From Bigelowiella natans CCMP2755 (taxonomy: Eukaryota > Protista > Cercozoa), in the NCBI GenBank assembly GCA_000320545.1, contig ADNK01001663.1, positions 1 to 49,775 on the forward strand: a stretch of 49,775 nucleotides of DNA, in the 5' to 3' direction. Of the stretch, positions 36,900 to 47,711 are shown piece after piece. The notes beneath the pieces were generated by a model. That model ran no database searches. It was not told the origin of the DNA and was given only the letters and a program-made list of their open reading frames with translations. The translations under genes and the position numbers were made by a program. The first letter of the stretch is position 1. Each line of letters begins with the position of its first letter.

Positions 36900-38700
36900 T
36901 CGTATATCTGCGAGTGTTTTGTGAGAAACCCCAGTTAGCTATTATTCAAACCTCAGGACTTTCTTATGTTTGCTCTCAAGCTTCACCACAAACTTGCACT
37001 CTCCCAGAAGAAATACCCGCTTTCGCAGAGCTGTGGCATGTCTGTGCACCAATTCTTGTTCAGATTGTCACAACATGTAACCTCCGCTGTTCAAAGGAAT
37101 CAATGCACAATTTTTTGTTTCAACCAAAGTGCACTGTGCGATGTGCATGAGATAGAAGCATGCAATGGCCATGAATGCGATTTGTTCCTTGCTAGCTTGG
37201 CGCAAATTGCACGCTTAATGATCAATTTATTCATTGCCATTGCACATTGCATCGTGTGTTGTTCTTTGCATCACGTTGGTATGCAATTGCTTGCGCTCGC
37301 GTGGTTATTGCGCTTCTATTTGCATCATGCAAATGAGCTAGCTTGACGCGCTTGTGCACGCATTCCGCCATGCTAGCATGGCTAGATGCGCTGGATGCAC
37401 CGTGATGAGCAAGACACATGGTACGTACGCATATGCACCTATGCACATGCACGCTAGTCAGAGCAGGGTGACTCACAAACACGTCTAGACATGACTGTCT
37501 CGCATTGCTAGCTAGCTAGATTGGCTAGCAGCTGTAGCGCACACGACATGCGTGGACGACCAACATAGACACTGTGGACGTACACAGTGCGTAGACAGCT
37601 TGCCATGATGGACGCACGTACGGCAAGGATCAAAGTCGTAATTGTCGTAACAACATCCACGCGCGCACAAACTAGCAAAATTCGTTGCATCCTGTAAATG
37701 TCTATTGACTACCAGCAACTGACTTGCTAGCTTGCTGCACACACATGCATGGCCAAATAAATGTCGTGAACAAATGCTGGAACGGAAATGTAATGCGATC
37801 GTCTGGAAACAATCTCAATGATGTGATGTCCATCAACTTCCTTCACTCAATTGTTCATCGATCCAGCATGCAACCCAGTCATCTGAGCATGCATGCACAC
37901 GTGTGCAGATGATGTGCGATGCACGCATCGCGTCGCAGAGAGCTGCACAGAAGCTGAAGAGCATTGAAAGTCATCAGCAGCAGCGTGCGCATGCTGCCGA
38001 CGATCACTAGACCATATGTGCGCACGTGCACGGAGTCGACGTGCTAGCGTGCTGTGAGCAGTACATGAGTTCTGTTGCTGGGCCAGACCGCTAAACTCAC
38101 GCATTATTGTGTCCCACATTATTTTGAAGTATATGGGTGTCCTGCCAATGAGAGAATCACCATATATAGATCAGGAGCCTGAGAACGTTGGAAAAGTTGT
38201 GCATTGCATTGTTTGCAGAATCCTAAATCACGCAAAGAGGGTTCTATCTCGGGCTGCCAAGATCTACATCCAGCAACGATGTCCCCCATTTTCTGACAAC
38301 TACGTTGTTGCCATGCACTGCATGCGTCATCGATCGAACAAATCTGCTAGAAACGTGCAGTATGCAAAATTTTGGCTGCGTACGTAGCGTCGTGTCAACG
38401 CTTAATTTAATAACCGACACTGGCTAGTACGTTGGCAATGTGGTCACGTGAGTGATGAAGAAATTCTCAATTGGCTGATGGAGCTCCTTCGGGAAGACTC
38501 TTCACATGCACGCACGTCACGGAGGGCGCAATGTGTATGTGTATGCATGATGCACGCTATGAGTGGCACGTAGGCGCACCTCACGAAGTATGAAATTAGT
38601 TATTTGTGGTAGACAGGCGCACCTGTAATTAGGCATATATCTAGACCATTATTTTAGAGACATATATCTGATGTGCTGTATATCTATATAACTAGCTCCT
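36900..38700. repeat. Decayed transposon-like sequence rich in CATG, TGCA and CTAG
   Basis: Dense gcatgc/tgcaca/gctagc words. Only short Cys/His/Met-rich ORFs in all frames, as expected from TG/CA-biased DNA. Confidence 0.5.
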
Positions 38701-38903
38701 ACGCATGCGGCACACACACACGTTAGAGCAGTGGATCAGATACAATCGATTATCGTATGGAAACTCAATGGCGTGTTTATTTTTGAATTATTATGTCCGT
38801 GCATTATCATATCTTTTAGCAGAGCCTCGGCATTTATATTTCTAGCTGATGATATTTTATTGACACCGAGCTGTGCTGCTTTTCATTTCTGGGTGGAAGC
38901 CCT

Positions 38904-41879
38904 TCAAGCATCCAACTCAGCAGCGAATTTTGTCTTTTGTGCAGCGCAAGGTCCCAAAGCAAATTCGGCACCTTTGGCATCTCTACACCAGAACAATTCA
39001 AGGACTTGTCCTCCGCTCTGTTGAACGTACATACCGCCAGCCCCTGCACCAGTGACCGCATCTAAACCACCGACCCCAGTTTGCACTTCGCTGTGAGTCC
39101 AAAATTCTACCTGCGCGAGGGTGAAAGCTCCTTTAGAGGAGTCCCAGTAATAGTTAAGGTCAATCTCAGCACCACTGTAAGTGGTGGTACTCCCAACACC
39201 AATTTTAGGAAGGAAGTAGTTAATGGCGGCACTCGTGATATCCAATCCCGCGAATTCCTTGAATCCATCAAATAGATTGACCGCAACCTCTTTTCCATCT
39301 TTTTTCACCTTCTTCAAGGTCTTAAGGCCGTCGGTGATCTCATTAACTGGGCCTGACAGCGACTGCACAAGGGATTTCATTGTAGTCTCTGACTTCTTGG
39401 CCTTGGTGTGTGTCACGAATGTCGTTACTCCATCCTTAATACCATTAACTAGTTTTGTGATTCCGGTAGTAATGGTAGTGACGAGAGTGGCAGTACTGCG
39501 AACCGTTTTGGCGATAGTGGCGCCTTCAGGCATGCCAACAGCTACAGCGCCGCCAACTGCAGGGAATGAGTATGGGCACATAAGCTTAATCCCCAACGCG
39601 ACCTTACTACCAGCTTTCGAAGTTTTTTGCCATGCGACATCAAAGTCCATGCCGCCAACCCCCAGTTCCACGTGAACGTTTCCATGAATTTGGTAGACGG
39701 ATCCGGCGTATTTCCAAGCTTTAAGACCTTCGTCGTAGTTGAATCTAATACATTTAGGTTACATTTACGTGAGATTGTTGTTCTAGAGATACATGAGGTT
39801 GTACTTTAGTTTACCCGTATTGAGCCGCTGCATCGACGGTGAAGGCGGTGTGACTCGCCGCGCAGAAGTCGCTTGCTTTTGAGTTCGAAACTACAAACTT
39901 AATACCGACAGCGAATTCATTCCACTTAAGAGGCTTTGTGACTACGGGCTCGATGCTGTATGCTTCCATAGCCGTCAAGACCTCACTTAGTTTGTTAAAG
40001 GCGAGCATCTCTGCCACTTTTCCGATCCTCCAATCTCCTGCACAGAAGTCAGGGGAGGCTGCACCGCATGGTTTTGTAATATCCAATTGAGCAAGACCCA
40101 TCTGCGTCAAACGATCTGTGTAGCAAGTCGAGTCGCCCGAGTTGAACTGGCACTCCGTAATAGTCCCCCATGCATCAGGAAACATAGCCGCCCACAATTT
40201 TGCCTGGTACGCAGCATCGCCACTCTTAAGATCATAATGGGTATCACTGAAGTAACCGCCCTTAATGAAACGCTTTAGCAAATGCTCAAATGCATTGCCT
40301 TTCTTGACTTTATCACCAAAGACCGCTGATGGAGTATGAAGATCACAATTAAAAAAACATGCAGTTAGAACAAAATATATACTGTGTTGCGGATATGTTG
40401 GTTCGTACATAGAAGCTTCTGGCCGAAAGTATTCACTGTTAATGGAAATGCTGACTCGAACGCTGGCTTGAAAACCTGTTTTATTCTTATGTTATAAATA
40501 GGTTGTAGCACACACACAAAAGCATACGCACACAAAAGAAAGAAGAAAAAAATTGTCCTCTTTTTGACTAACCTTCGTTGCCAAATATTGATCTACTTGT
40601 TCCTGTCCCGCTGCCACTTTTTTACCGAAATCCTTTTTCGCGTCCGCCTTCTTAACAACCTAAAAAGAGTTGATCTTTCAGTCGATGATTTCGGGCTCCT
40701 GTGCGCGTTGTACGCATAGGGTTGTAAGGGATTGCGATGTACATACCTCATTGTCGTAATTGGTTTTTATTTTACCCCAGAAAGTCTCGATGTAACCCTT
40801 GGCTTCGGCCAGAATTAAAGTCTGCAGCTTGTTGTCATACCTTAGAACAAGCAATCCAATCATTTAAGGAAAAAAAATGGTTGTTATGGAGCTTGCCGCG
40901 GTTAATTTGGTATACTTTTCCTGAATCTTGTTGTAGATGGTAGCTAGTTTATCGTCGTTTGACGCGACGTTCATCCCCATCTTTTGCTTAAATTCTTTGA
41001 GCCTGATACAATAGGATGCAATTAATTTCGTTTCACTTTCCTTGTACAGCTTCATTGCTACACGTAATAGCGCGCACCTGTCCGATCCGAACTTCTTCAT
41101 ATTTTCCCAGATAGTTGCGAAAGGGGCCGATGCTTGTTCGGCGGTACATGGACCTTTAACCGACAACTCAAGTTCTACGGCGAAGTAGCTGTATCCGACA
41201 GTGACGACACCCTAAATTTTTACGTGTTGTTTTATGAATGTGGAAATATGTGTTGTGGAGGTAATGTGTTTTAACATTTTTTTATGTTCCCAAGAATTTC
41301 TCTCTACGAATAGTAGGTGAAACAGTTCGTATTTGCCTTACGTTAAGTTCAAGCTTGCTGTTAGGGTCAGTTCCGTCCGTTTCACCGCCAACAGTCAATT
41401 TTGCTCCGAGCCTAGAAAGTATTAGATTGTATTCATAAATTGGTGTACTCTTCAGTAAGAGTTGCTGTTGCTTCAGACTTACCATAGGCCGTCTGGGCTA
41501 CTCACATAGACACAAATGTAGTCTGCTTTCTTGATATTTGTTTCGTACCTGAATGGTTAATTAAGCAAGGCGGTGAATTTCGGTAAGATAATCACGATTT
41601 CTGCATTGATGAATGGACTCACTCTTTATGTTTGCCATGGAGCGTCAGCTGCTTGCGATGTTTCTTCGATTTGCGAGAGTGAGGGTGCATAGCTGCAACG
41701 GTTTCGTTGCGGTAGGTCGACCTGTACTTACGGTTAGGGTAGAAGAGGTCGGCAACATACTCGAAAGTATTCTCTTGTTCCGTCTCAAGATGAACGTGCA
41801 GGCACCCGGTTCCATGATGCTTCACGGTGTGGGAGTGTGCAGGGGCTGCAAGTAGGAGTAGAGGTAGAAGGGCGATCAT
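38904..41879 (-). CDS. Orphan secreted protein, roughly 730-750 aa, about 8 exons
   Basis: Signal-peptide-like start MIALLPLLLLAAPAHS at 41879. Phase-compatible GT-AG joins link ORFs 41619-41939, 41282-41485, 40864-41166, 40678-40863, 39811-40410 and 38904-39671. No family recognised. Confidence 0.7.
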
Positions 41880-42169
41880 TGCGGAGTCACAGTTAATCTG
41901 CCTCGTGTGTTTGGAATCTGATAAACTGGAACCAGTCATGTATTTAAGTTTGAAATTTTAAATATTTGAAATTTTTGAATTTTAATAACAAAATAAAAAG
42001 ATTACAGCAGCCATCTCTATCAGAGAAAAAATACATAATTGCATCAAGTTTGTCCTTTACATAGTTAAACTTTTGAAGTCGCAGGATACTTTTTCTGGGT
42101 AACGCCTACAGAAATTTTAATCTTCTATCTTACAATATTTATAAAATTTGAATTATATTTTAAATTTGA

Positions 42170-42221
42170 ATTATTATTTATTTTATTTATTTATTTATTT
42201 ATTTATTTATATTTATTTATT
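42170..42221. repeat. (TTTA)n microsatellite
   Basis: Imperfect ttta tandem run. Confidence 0.9.
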
Positions 42222-43330
42222 TGTATACATGTAGATCTACTACACTGAGTAGATCTACTTTCATACTTAAAGCACGTTGTGAGTTGAAAAAAAAACAGAA
42301 ATTCCCCAAGAAATCCATGGAAATCCTTGGAACTGTAAATAAATACATTAGAGATCGCCTGGGCGCGATTTTCGCAGGGGCTCTTTCTAGTCTAGTTTTC
42401 CACATGGTCAATCCCATCGGGTTGGATGCGCAAACGGCGTTCCCTTCCCCCGCTGACAAGGTGATGAGCTTTCTGCATGTTGAAATTTTCCATGGTGGCT
42501 CTGCTAACTGAGGAGGAAGTGGATGAAGTAGCACATCCAATGATTCTTTCAGCCACCATTGGAATCAATTCGTTCAACTCATGCTAGCACGTTCTGGGTG
42601 CACACAAACGTGTCCATGCAGATGCCCATGAATTGTGGTTTTCATGTTCGCAACACTGTCTTCCGTGAACCGGGTGAAGTTGTGGAGAACACCTCCCCTT
42701 ATGCAGCCCCGACAATGAAACGGAGAACAGTTTTCAGCATGTGGCTGATGTCTTCTACCCCATCAAAACAACACGCAAGAAATGAATGTGAAGAGAGAAG
42801 GAGATCTTGCATGGCATGCAAGTCATGAGGACTTCAATTCTGTAATTTATCAAAGAAGACATGATGAAACTTATCGATGCGAAAGAATTCAAACCACGCA
42901 CTGCAAGATTGATACAACCAAACAACTGCAACACCCTCTGTCTTCACATGTCAATGGCTCATGCTCTGACCCAAGCAGAAAGCTAGAACGGTGCGGCGAC
43001 TACTACATGAAACAGCACCGGTATGTGTTACCCACGTTTGACGCAACGCCCATGCACGCAGGCGCGTCACGTACGTAATGCTGGCTAGATTAACAAGCCT
43101 ATGATGTGTCGACGATGTGCACAACACAAACTTCACCATTGTCATTGCTCAAATCAAGAGCAATGACCAAACAAAATAGTTCGCTGCCTAGCGATATCTA
43201 GATGTAACGCCGCCTGCGCGCACAAGTTGCATTTGCTAGTTTGTGGCATACATGCAGAACTCTCATCAGTGTGACTGAGCTAATACTGCTACACATCGAA
43301 TCATCTACTGTAGCCATCACATGCAGAGCG
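42217..43330 (-). mobile_element. Degenerate transposon relic, possibly a hAT-like dimerisation-domain remnant
   Basis: Minus frame APRTC*HELNELIPMVAERIIGCATSSTSSS...RERRL loosely recalls the hAT P..WW...L..VA.RIL...TSS.S..R..RL motif, with an in-frame stop. The composition is TG/CA-rich and a (TTTA)n tract abuts the left end. Confidence 0.3.
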
Positions 43331-43331
43331 T

Positions 43332-44154
43332 CTAATCAAAGAGATCCCATGCCTCATTCTCTAAATCCTCCTGTGCTACGGAGTTATCTCGCTCGTCCTC
43401 CTCTTTCTGCGAGTCTTTTACGTTACATTCATTTTTTGCCAGCGATTGAGACCCACTGCGCTTCTCTGCAGCAGCTGCTTTCCCGGTTCTCGCGGTTGCT
43501 ACTTTATGTTGTCCTTTTCTATCATCGCGAGCGGTGAGGCTAGACTGGCCGATACGTGAACCACTATCTTCATTATCATTATCATGCTTATCTTCGTTGG
43601 AAAGATAGAGAGCTTGGATTCGTTCCGAGGTTCGGCGAAGTCTCAACTCCTCCTGCGAAGCTTGGCGAAAATTTCTAAACACGTATGACATTGATTGGCA
43701 CCAGAATATAACGACGCAAACGAAGCAACGACATTCTGATTCGCATTTTTTCTCTTTTTAAAAATAACCTATTGTACTACTTGCTTACCTATAGATTCTC
43801 CCTTGAAACCTGGAGAATAATTCCGATTTGTGATGCTTTAGGCAATAAGTTAATGCGGCGTTGGTATCAGCTAGTGTAGCTCCATACTCAATGTGTGTCG
43901 GGGGAAGATACAGCCTTTGAATTCTCTCCAAATCAATCGCAGTCTCTAGTAGGCATAGCGCATGCTCTAAAACATCCTCTTTCTCCTTTTTTGACGATGA
44001 CGAGGATGATAACGCGGATGATGATGGTGCGGAATAGAGATAATTCTGGCAGCCTTTCACTATGAGCTGGTTTACACGGGCCTGTGATAGAACGACGATC
44101 GATGCAGCAAAATGAACCATTTTGAAACGACAAGCTTGCACCTCCGTGCACACA

Positions 44155-44249
<95 letters not shown>

Positions 44250-45806
44250 ATGTCTTAAATGCGATCGAATCAATGCAAATTTAAATCCCTCCGTGATCTT
44301 GCTGATTGTCCACAACACTCATATTATCCCGAAATAGGTTGTTATCCTAATTAGAAGGGCACGATTACTTTAACGATGTGGCTAGGGCCAAGGTACGGAA
44401 GAGCTTGATTTGCCTCGAGGATCTAATATATCATCAGAAAGAGAATATATATGAGCTGCAAGAGTATGCAGCTCTAACGACACATTGCATCACTACAGCG
44501 TCAGAATCCCAAACGCTATCAGTTGTTAAACATTAATGGCTGTATATACTTTAGCAAATATATGAGAATCTGCTCAATAGATCTCATCGTGTAAGATAGG
44601 TTTTGTGCATGCGCGCGCGTGCGCGTGCGTGCATGTGTGCTGGTGTGCTTACCGAAAAGATTTTATCAATTCCGATTTTCCCCCTCTCCAAATTCTCTTC
44701 TAAAACCCCCAGCATTTCCTCAAGCTCCAGCACTGCGTTCTGTAATGAACGATACGCTTTCTCCATCTTTGCCTTCCCCTCCTTATTCGTTCGGCTTGCT
44801 TTTGCCGCGCTACCGCCCTCTTCGGCCTCTACCCACAGATCAAGCATAAGAGCCAAGGTCTCCTCGGGATGGGGCCAGGAAGAATGAATCGACGAGAAAG
44901 GCAAGGGCGCGGAAGATCGTGTGCCTGCAGAATTGACCGTACCAGACAATATGTATATGAAAGATATATTGCAGATCGCATGGCTACATGAAAGGCAAAC
45001 GAAAAACATGATCATTCGCACAGCAAAACTACTACTACTTACTACTACTACAACAAACTACTACCACTACTACTGCACTACTACTAGCAGTACTTCTACC
45101 ACTGCTATCCTTAGATTTTCGGTTGCCTTTATTCTCCTCTCCGCCCCCGTTGAGCGTCTTCGATCCCTTAGCGGGAAGAGTATAGTGCTGCTCCATGAAC
45201 AACTTGTTTTGATATCTGGGTGTCATCTCCAGAATCGGTGAAAAATACGACCACGTGACCTTTTAACGAGAGCGGGGGGGGGGGGGGGGGGGGGGGGGAG
45301 GGTGCACACTGCAATTAAGAGCAAAATAAGAGAGGGATTTCCGCAAATCCTCGAATAATATTGACTCGACGACCACTGAAGATATGCAGTCTCTCTTTCG
45401 ATAGGACGATAGCATGCTCGTATACCATCATTCTCAACACCATGCGGAGCAGCCAAGTTTACTGCATAAAACCTATTAACAACTGCAATCCCTACCGCAA
45501 ACAACGATGTTGTTACTGACGGTATCTGCTGTGAATACTTCTATCTAACGCCACCTCCTCTCCCTCTTTAATGTCGCGGACTGCCCTGAGACGGGATAAC
45601 ACACAAAGTGTACATGTGTGCATGCATTCGTGAAAACACACAGTGTGCATGTGTGCATGCATTTATCTACACACTCTAACTTGGAATGTTGCAAGTAGTA
45701 AGCGTCACCTGGCTTCAGAGACGAGCGTGTTGGTTCTGTCTACGTTACCGCCTAGCATATGTGTGTGTATGTGCATACAAACGTGATAAATAAAAAATAG
45801 ATAAAA

Positions 45807-45865
<59 letters not shown>

Positions 45866-46513
45866 GTGTGTATGTGTATGAATAGAAGATACTTTTGCTT
45901 ATCACAAATGACGCAAATACATTCCTTCTCACCTGGTTGGAACTTATGTAGATTTGGGGCACTGCTATGGTTCACCTGTACCAATTTCCCGTCATCATCA
46001 TGCTATCGAAGGCTTACGATGATCTCATCGTCATGTCGTCCCAACAAACCATTTCCGAACGTGCCACAGCGTTTGATTTGCGGATCAATTATTATATGCA
46101 CAAGGGCCTGTGTGTCTCTTCATATTTATGCTATCACGTTTATCACCATAGCCATTCGAATAAAAAGTCCTCCTTCAAAAGCGTTGAACTGCATCTTCAG
46201 AATGATCTGTTGAAAGCATAATCATTAACTGAATGACTATATTCTATTACGATCAGTATACACAGTCACGTTAACCCCCCCCCCACACACACACACACGA
46301 CACAACGTTTTTGCTTAAACAAATTCATAATACATAAAATATCTCGATTTAAGTATATATGCTTATATTGCATCTTTCCTGATATACTATGACATAGACA
46401 CGGTTACTATCCATACCAAAAGCACAAAATCGCCTGAGAAGGGATTCACTTCATTTTTCTCCAGCTCGTTGCAAATTGCCTTCACAGCTTTTGCGTGCTT
46501 GCTTCTGCATGGA

Positions 46514-46573
<60 letters not shown>

Positions 46574-46911
46574 ATGATGTGGGGATTCTTTAACCACCTT
46601 GCCTTTGCGAGAGCTCCAGGAGAAAGCTCGCTTAACTTTCTCGGATGCAAACACTCTATGGATCGAAGTATACCCCGACGCTCATTATCCATTAGAGCCA
46701 TTCGCGCAAGTCGCACATGTGTGCACCATTTATGATCAATCTCCTGATGCTTCTCAGAGGGGTTACTTCCCCTGGTAGCCATGAGCGGCCCCTCCCTCAT
46801 GACAAGCTGCCCAGCTGAAATTCTGCTCGTTGCAAAGACTCCGCGACCCCCGCCAACGCCTTCCCTCTCCCTCACTTCGAGTGGCCCGAAAAAATTGAAA
46901 TCCGTCGCCAT
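43332..46911 (-). CDS. SET-domain (SMYD-like) protein lysine methyltransferase
   Basis: GPLEVREREGVGGGRGVFATSRISAGQLVMRE; KMQFNAFEGGLFIRMAM|VNHSSAPN; SEAR|AVRDIKEGEE|VTWSYF; then helical C-terminal exons to 43332. The start may lie slightly upstream. Confidence 0.85.
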
Positions 46912-47415
46912 TCTTTGGCAATGGGGTAGCACTGTAAATCGCTGGTTAGGGGTGAGGCGGGTGCTGCGCGCCTACAGCTGCCTCTCGTCGGCGGACGAAC
47001 GACGGCTTCGGAGCTCAGTAGGAGGAGGATCCAGTTACTACCCGATACTATCGAAAGTTCCAAAAATCCAAGGGCGTTAAGCCTGTAGATGGACTACAAT
47101 TTATGTCGCATGTGAAAAACCTGGGGAATGAAATGTGGGGTGTGGGCTGTGCACGGCGGCATCTGGCATCACGACGAGAGACAAAGCAGGTGGCAGGAAT
47201 TTGTGGTTTGTTGTTGCATCTGCTCGCCGCGCATCGATCGCAGCACGAAAATGTGACACGAGGAAAGCGCGATTTTGCACGTAGATGCATCACATTCATT
47301 GCACCTGCTAGCCTGCTAGCTCCAGAGCTAGCTATGTTGCGCGTAAGGTGTTCACAGGCCGAGGCGCTACGTGCACAAGTAGGCAGGGGGGGGGAAAGGC
47401 ACGTTTGCTTCCTTT

Positions 47416-47660
47416 TGAAGAGTTGTGTTTATTTTTATTAAAGATTATATTTTTATTAAATCGTGCACTGCGTAATCATTCGCGAAGCTTTCGCGAATGC
47501 CGCCGCACGTGGGGCAGCACACTTCCGGTGTGCTGCCATGAGTCCCGCCGGAACCCACGTGCCTATGCTGTATTAATATCTACGTTATCTATATTCTATA
47601 TCCGCGACAACCCCTTTGTTGTCGCACGTGACTTGTGCCCGCGTAGTGGTACGCGCTACA
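47416..47660 (-). repeat. Putative 3' LTR (~240 bp, TG...CA)
   Basis: Starts with TG right after the PPT, has two AATAAA signals near its end and candidate CA ends at 47416, 47424 or 47426. The 5' LTR is outside the window, so the boundary cannot be confirmed. Confidence 0.6.
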
Positions 47661-47706
47661 CCTCCCCCAAGTCACGTTGCTCCTTCCTTCCTTCCTTATT
47701 CCCTTA
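47661..47706 (-). other. Polypurine tract (plus-strand primer) preceding the 3' LTR
   Basis: Minus strand aagggaataaggaaggaaggag...gggggagg, directly followed by TGTAGCG. Confidence 0.65.
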
Positions 47707-47711
47707 GACCT

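Noticed and set aside
38109-38387. 92-aa ORF with a CxxC (HCIVC), possible transposase zinc finger
   Set aside because: Cys and His are over-produced by the TG/CA-biased composition; no transposase motif could be supported.
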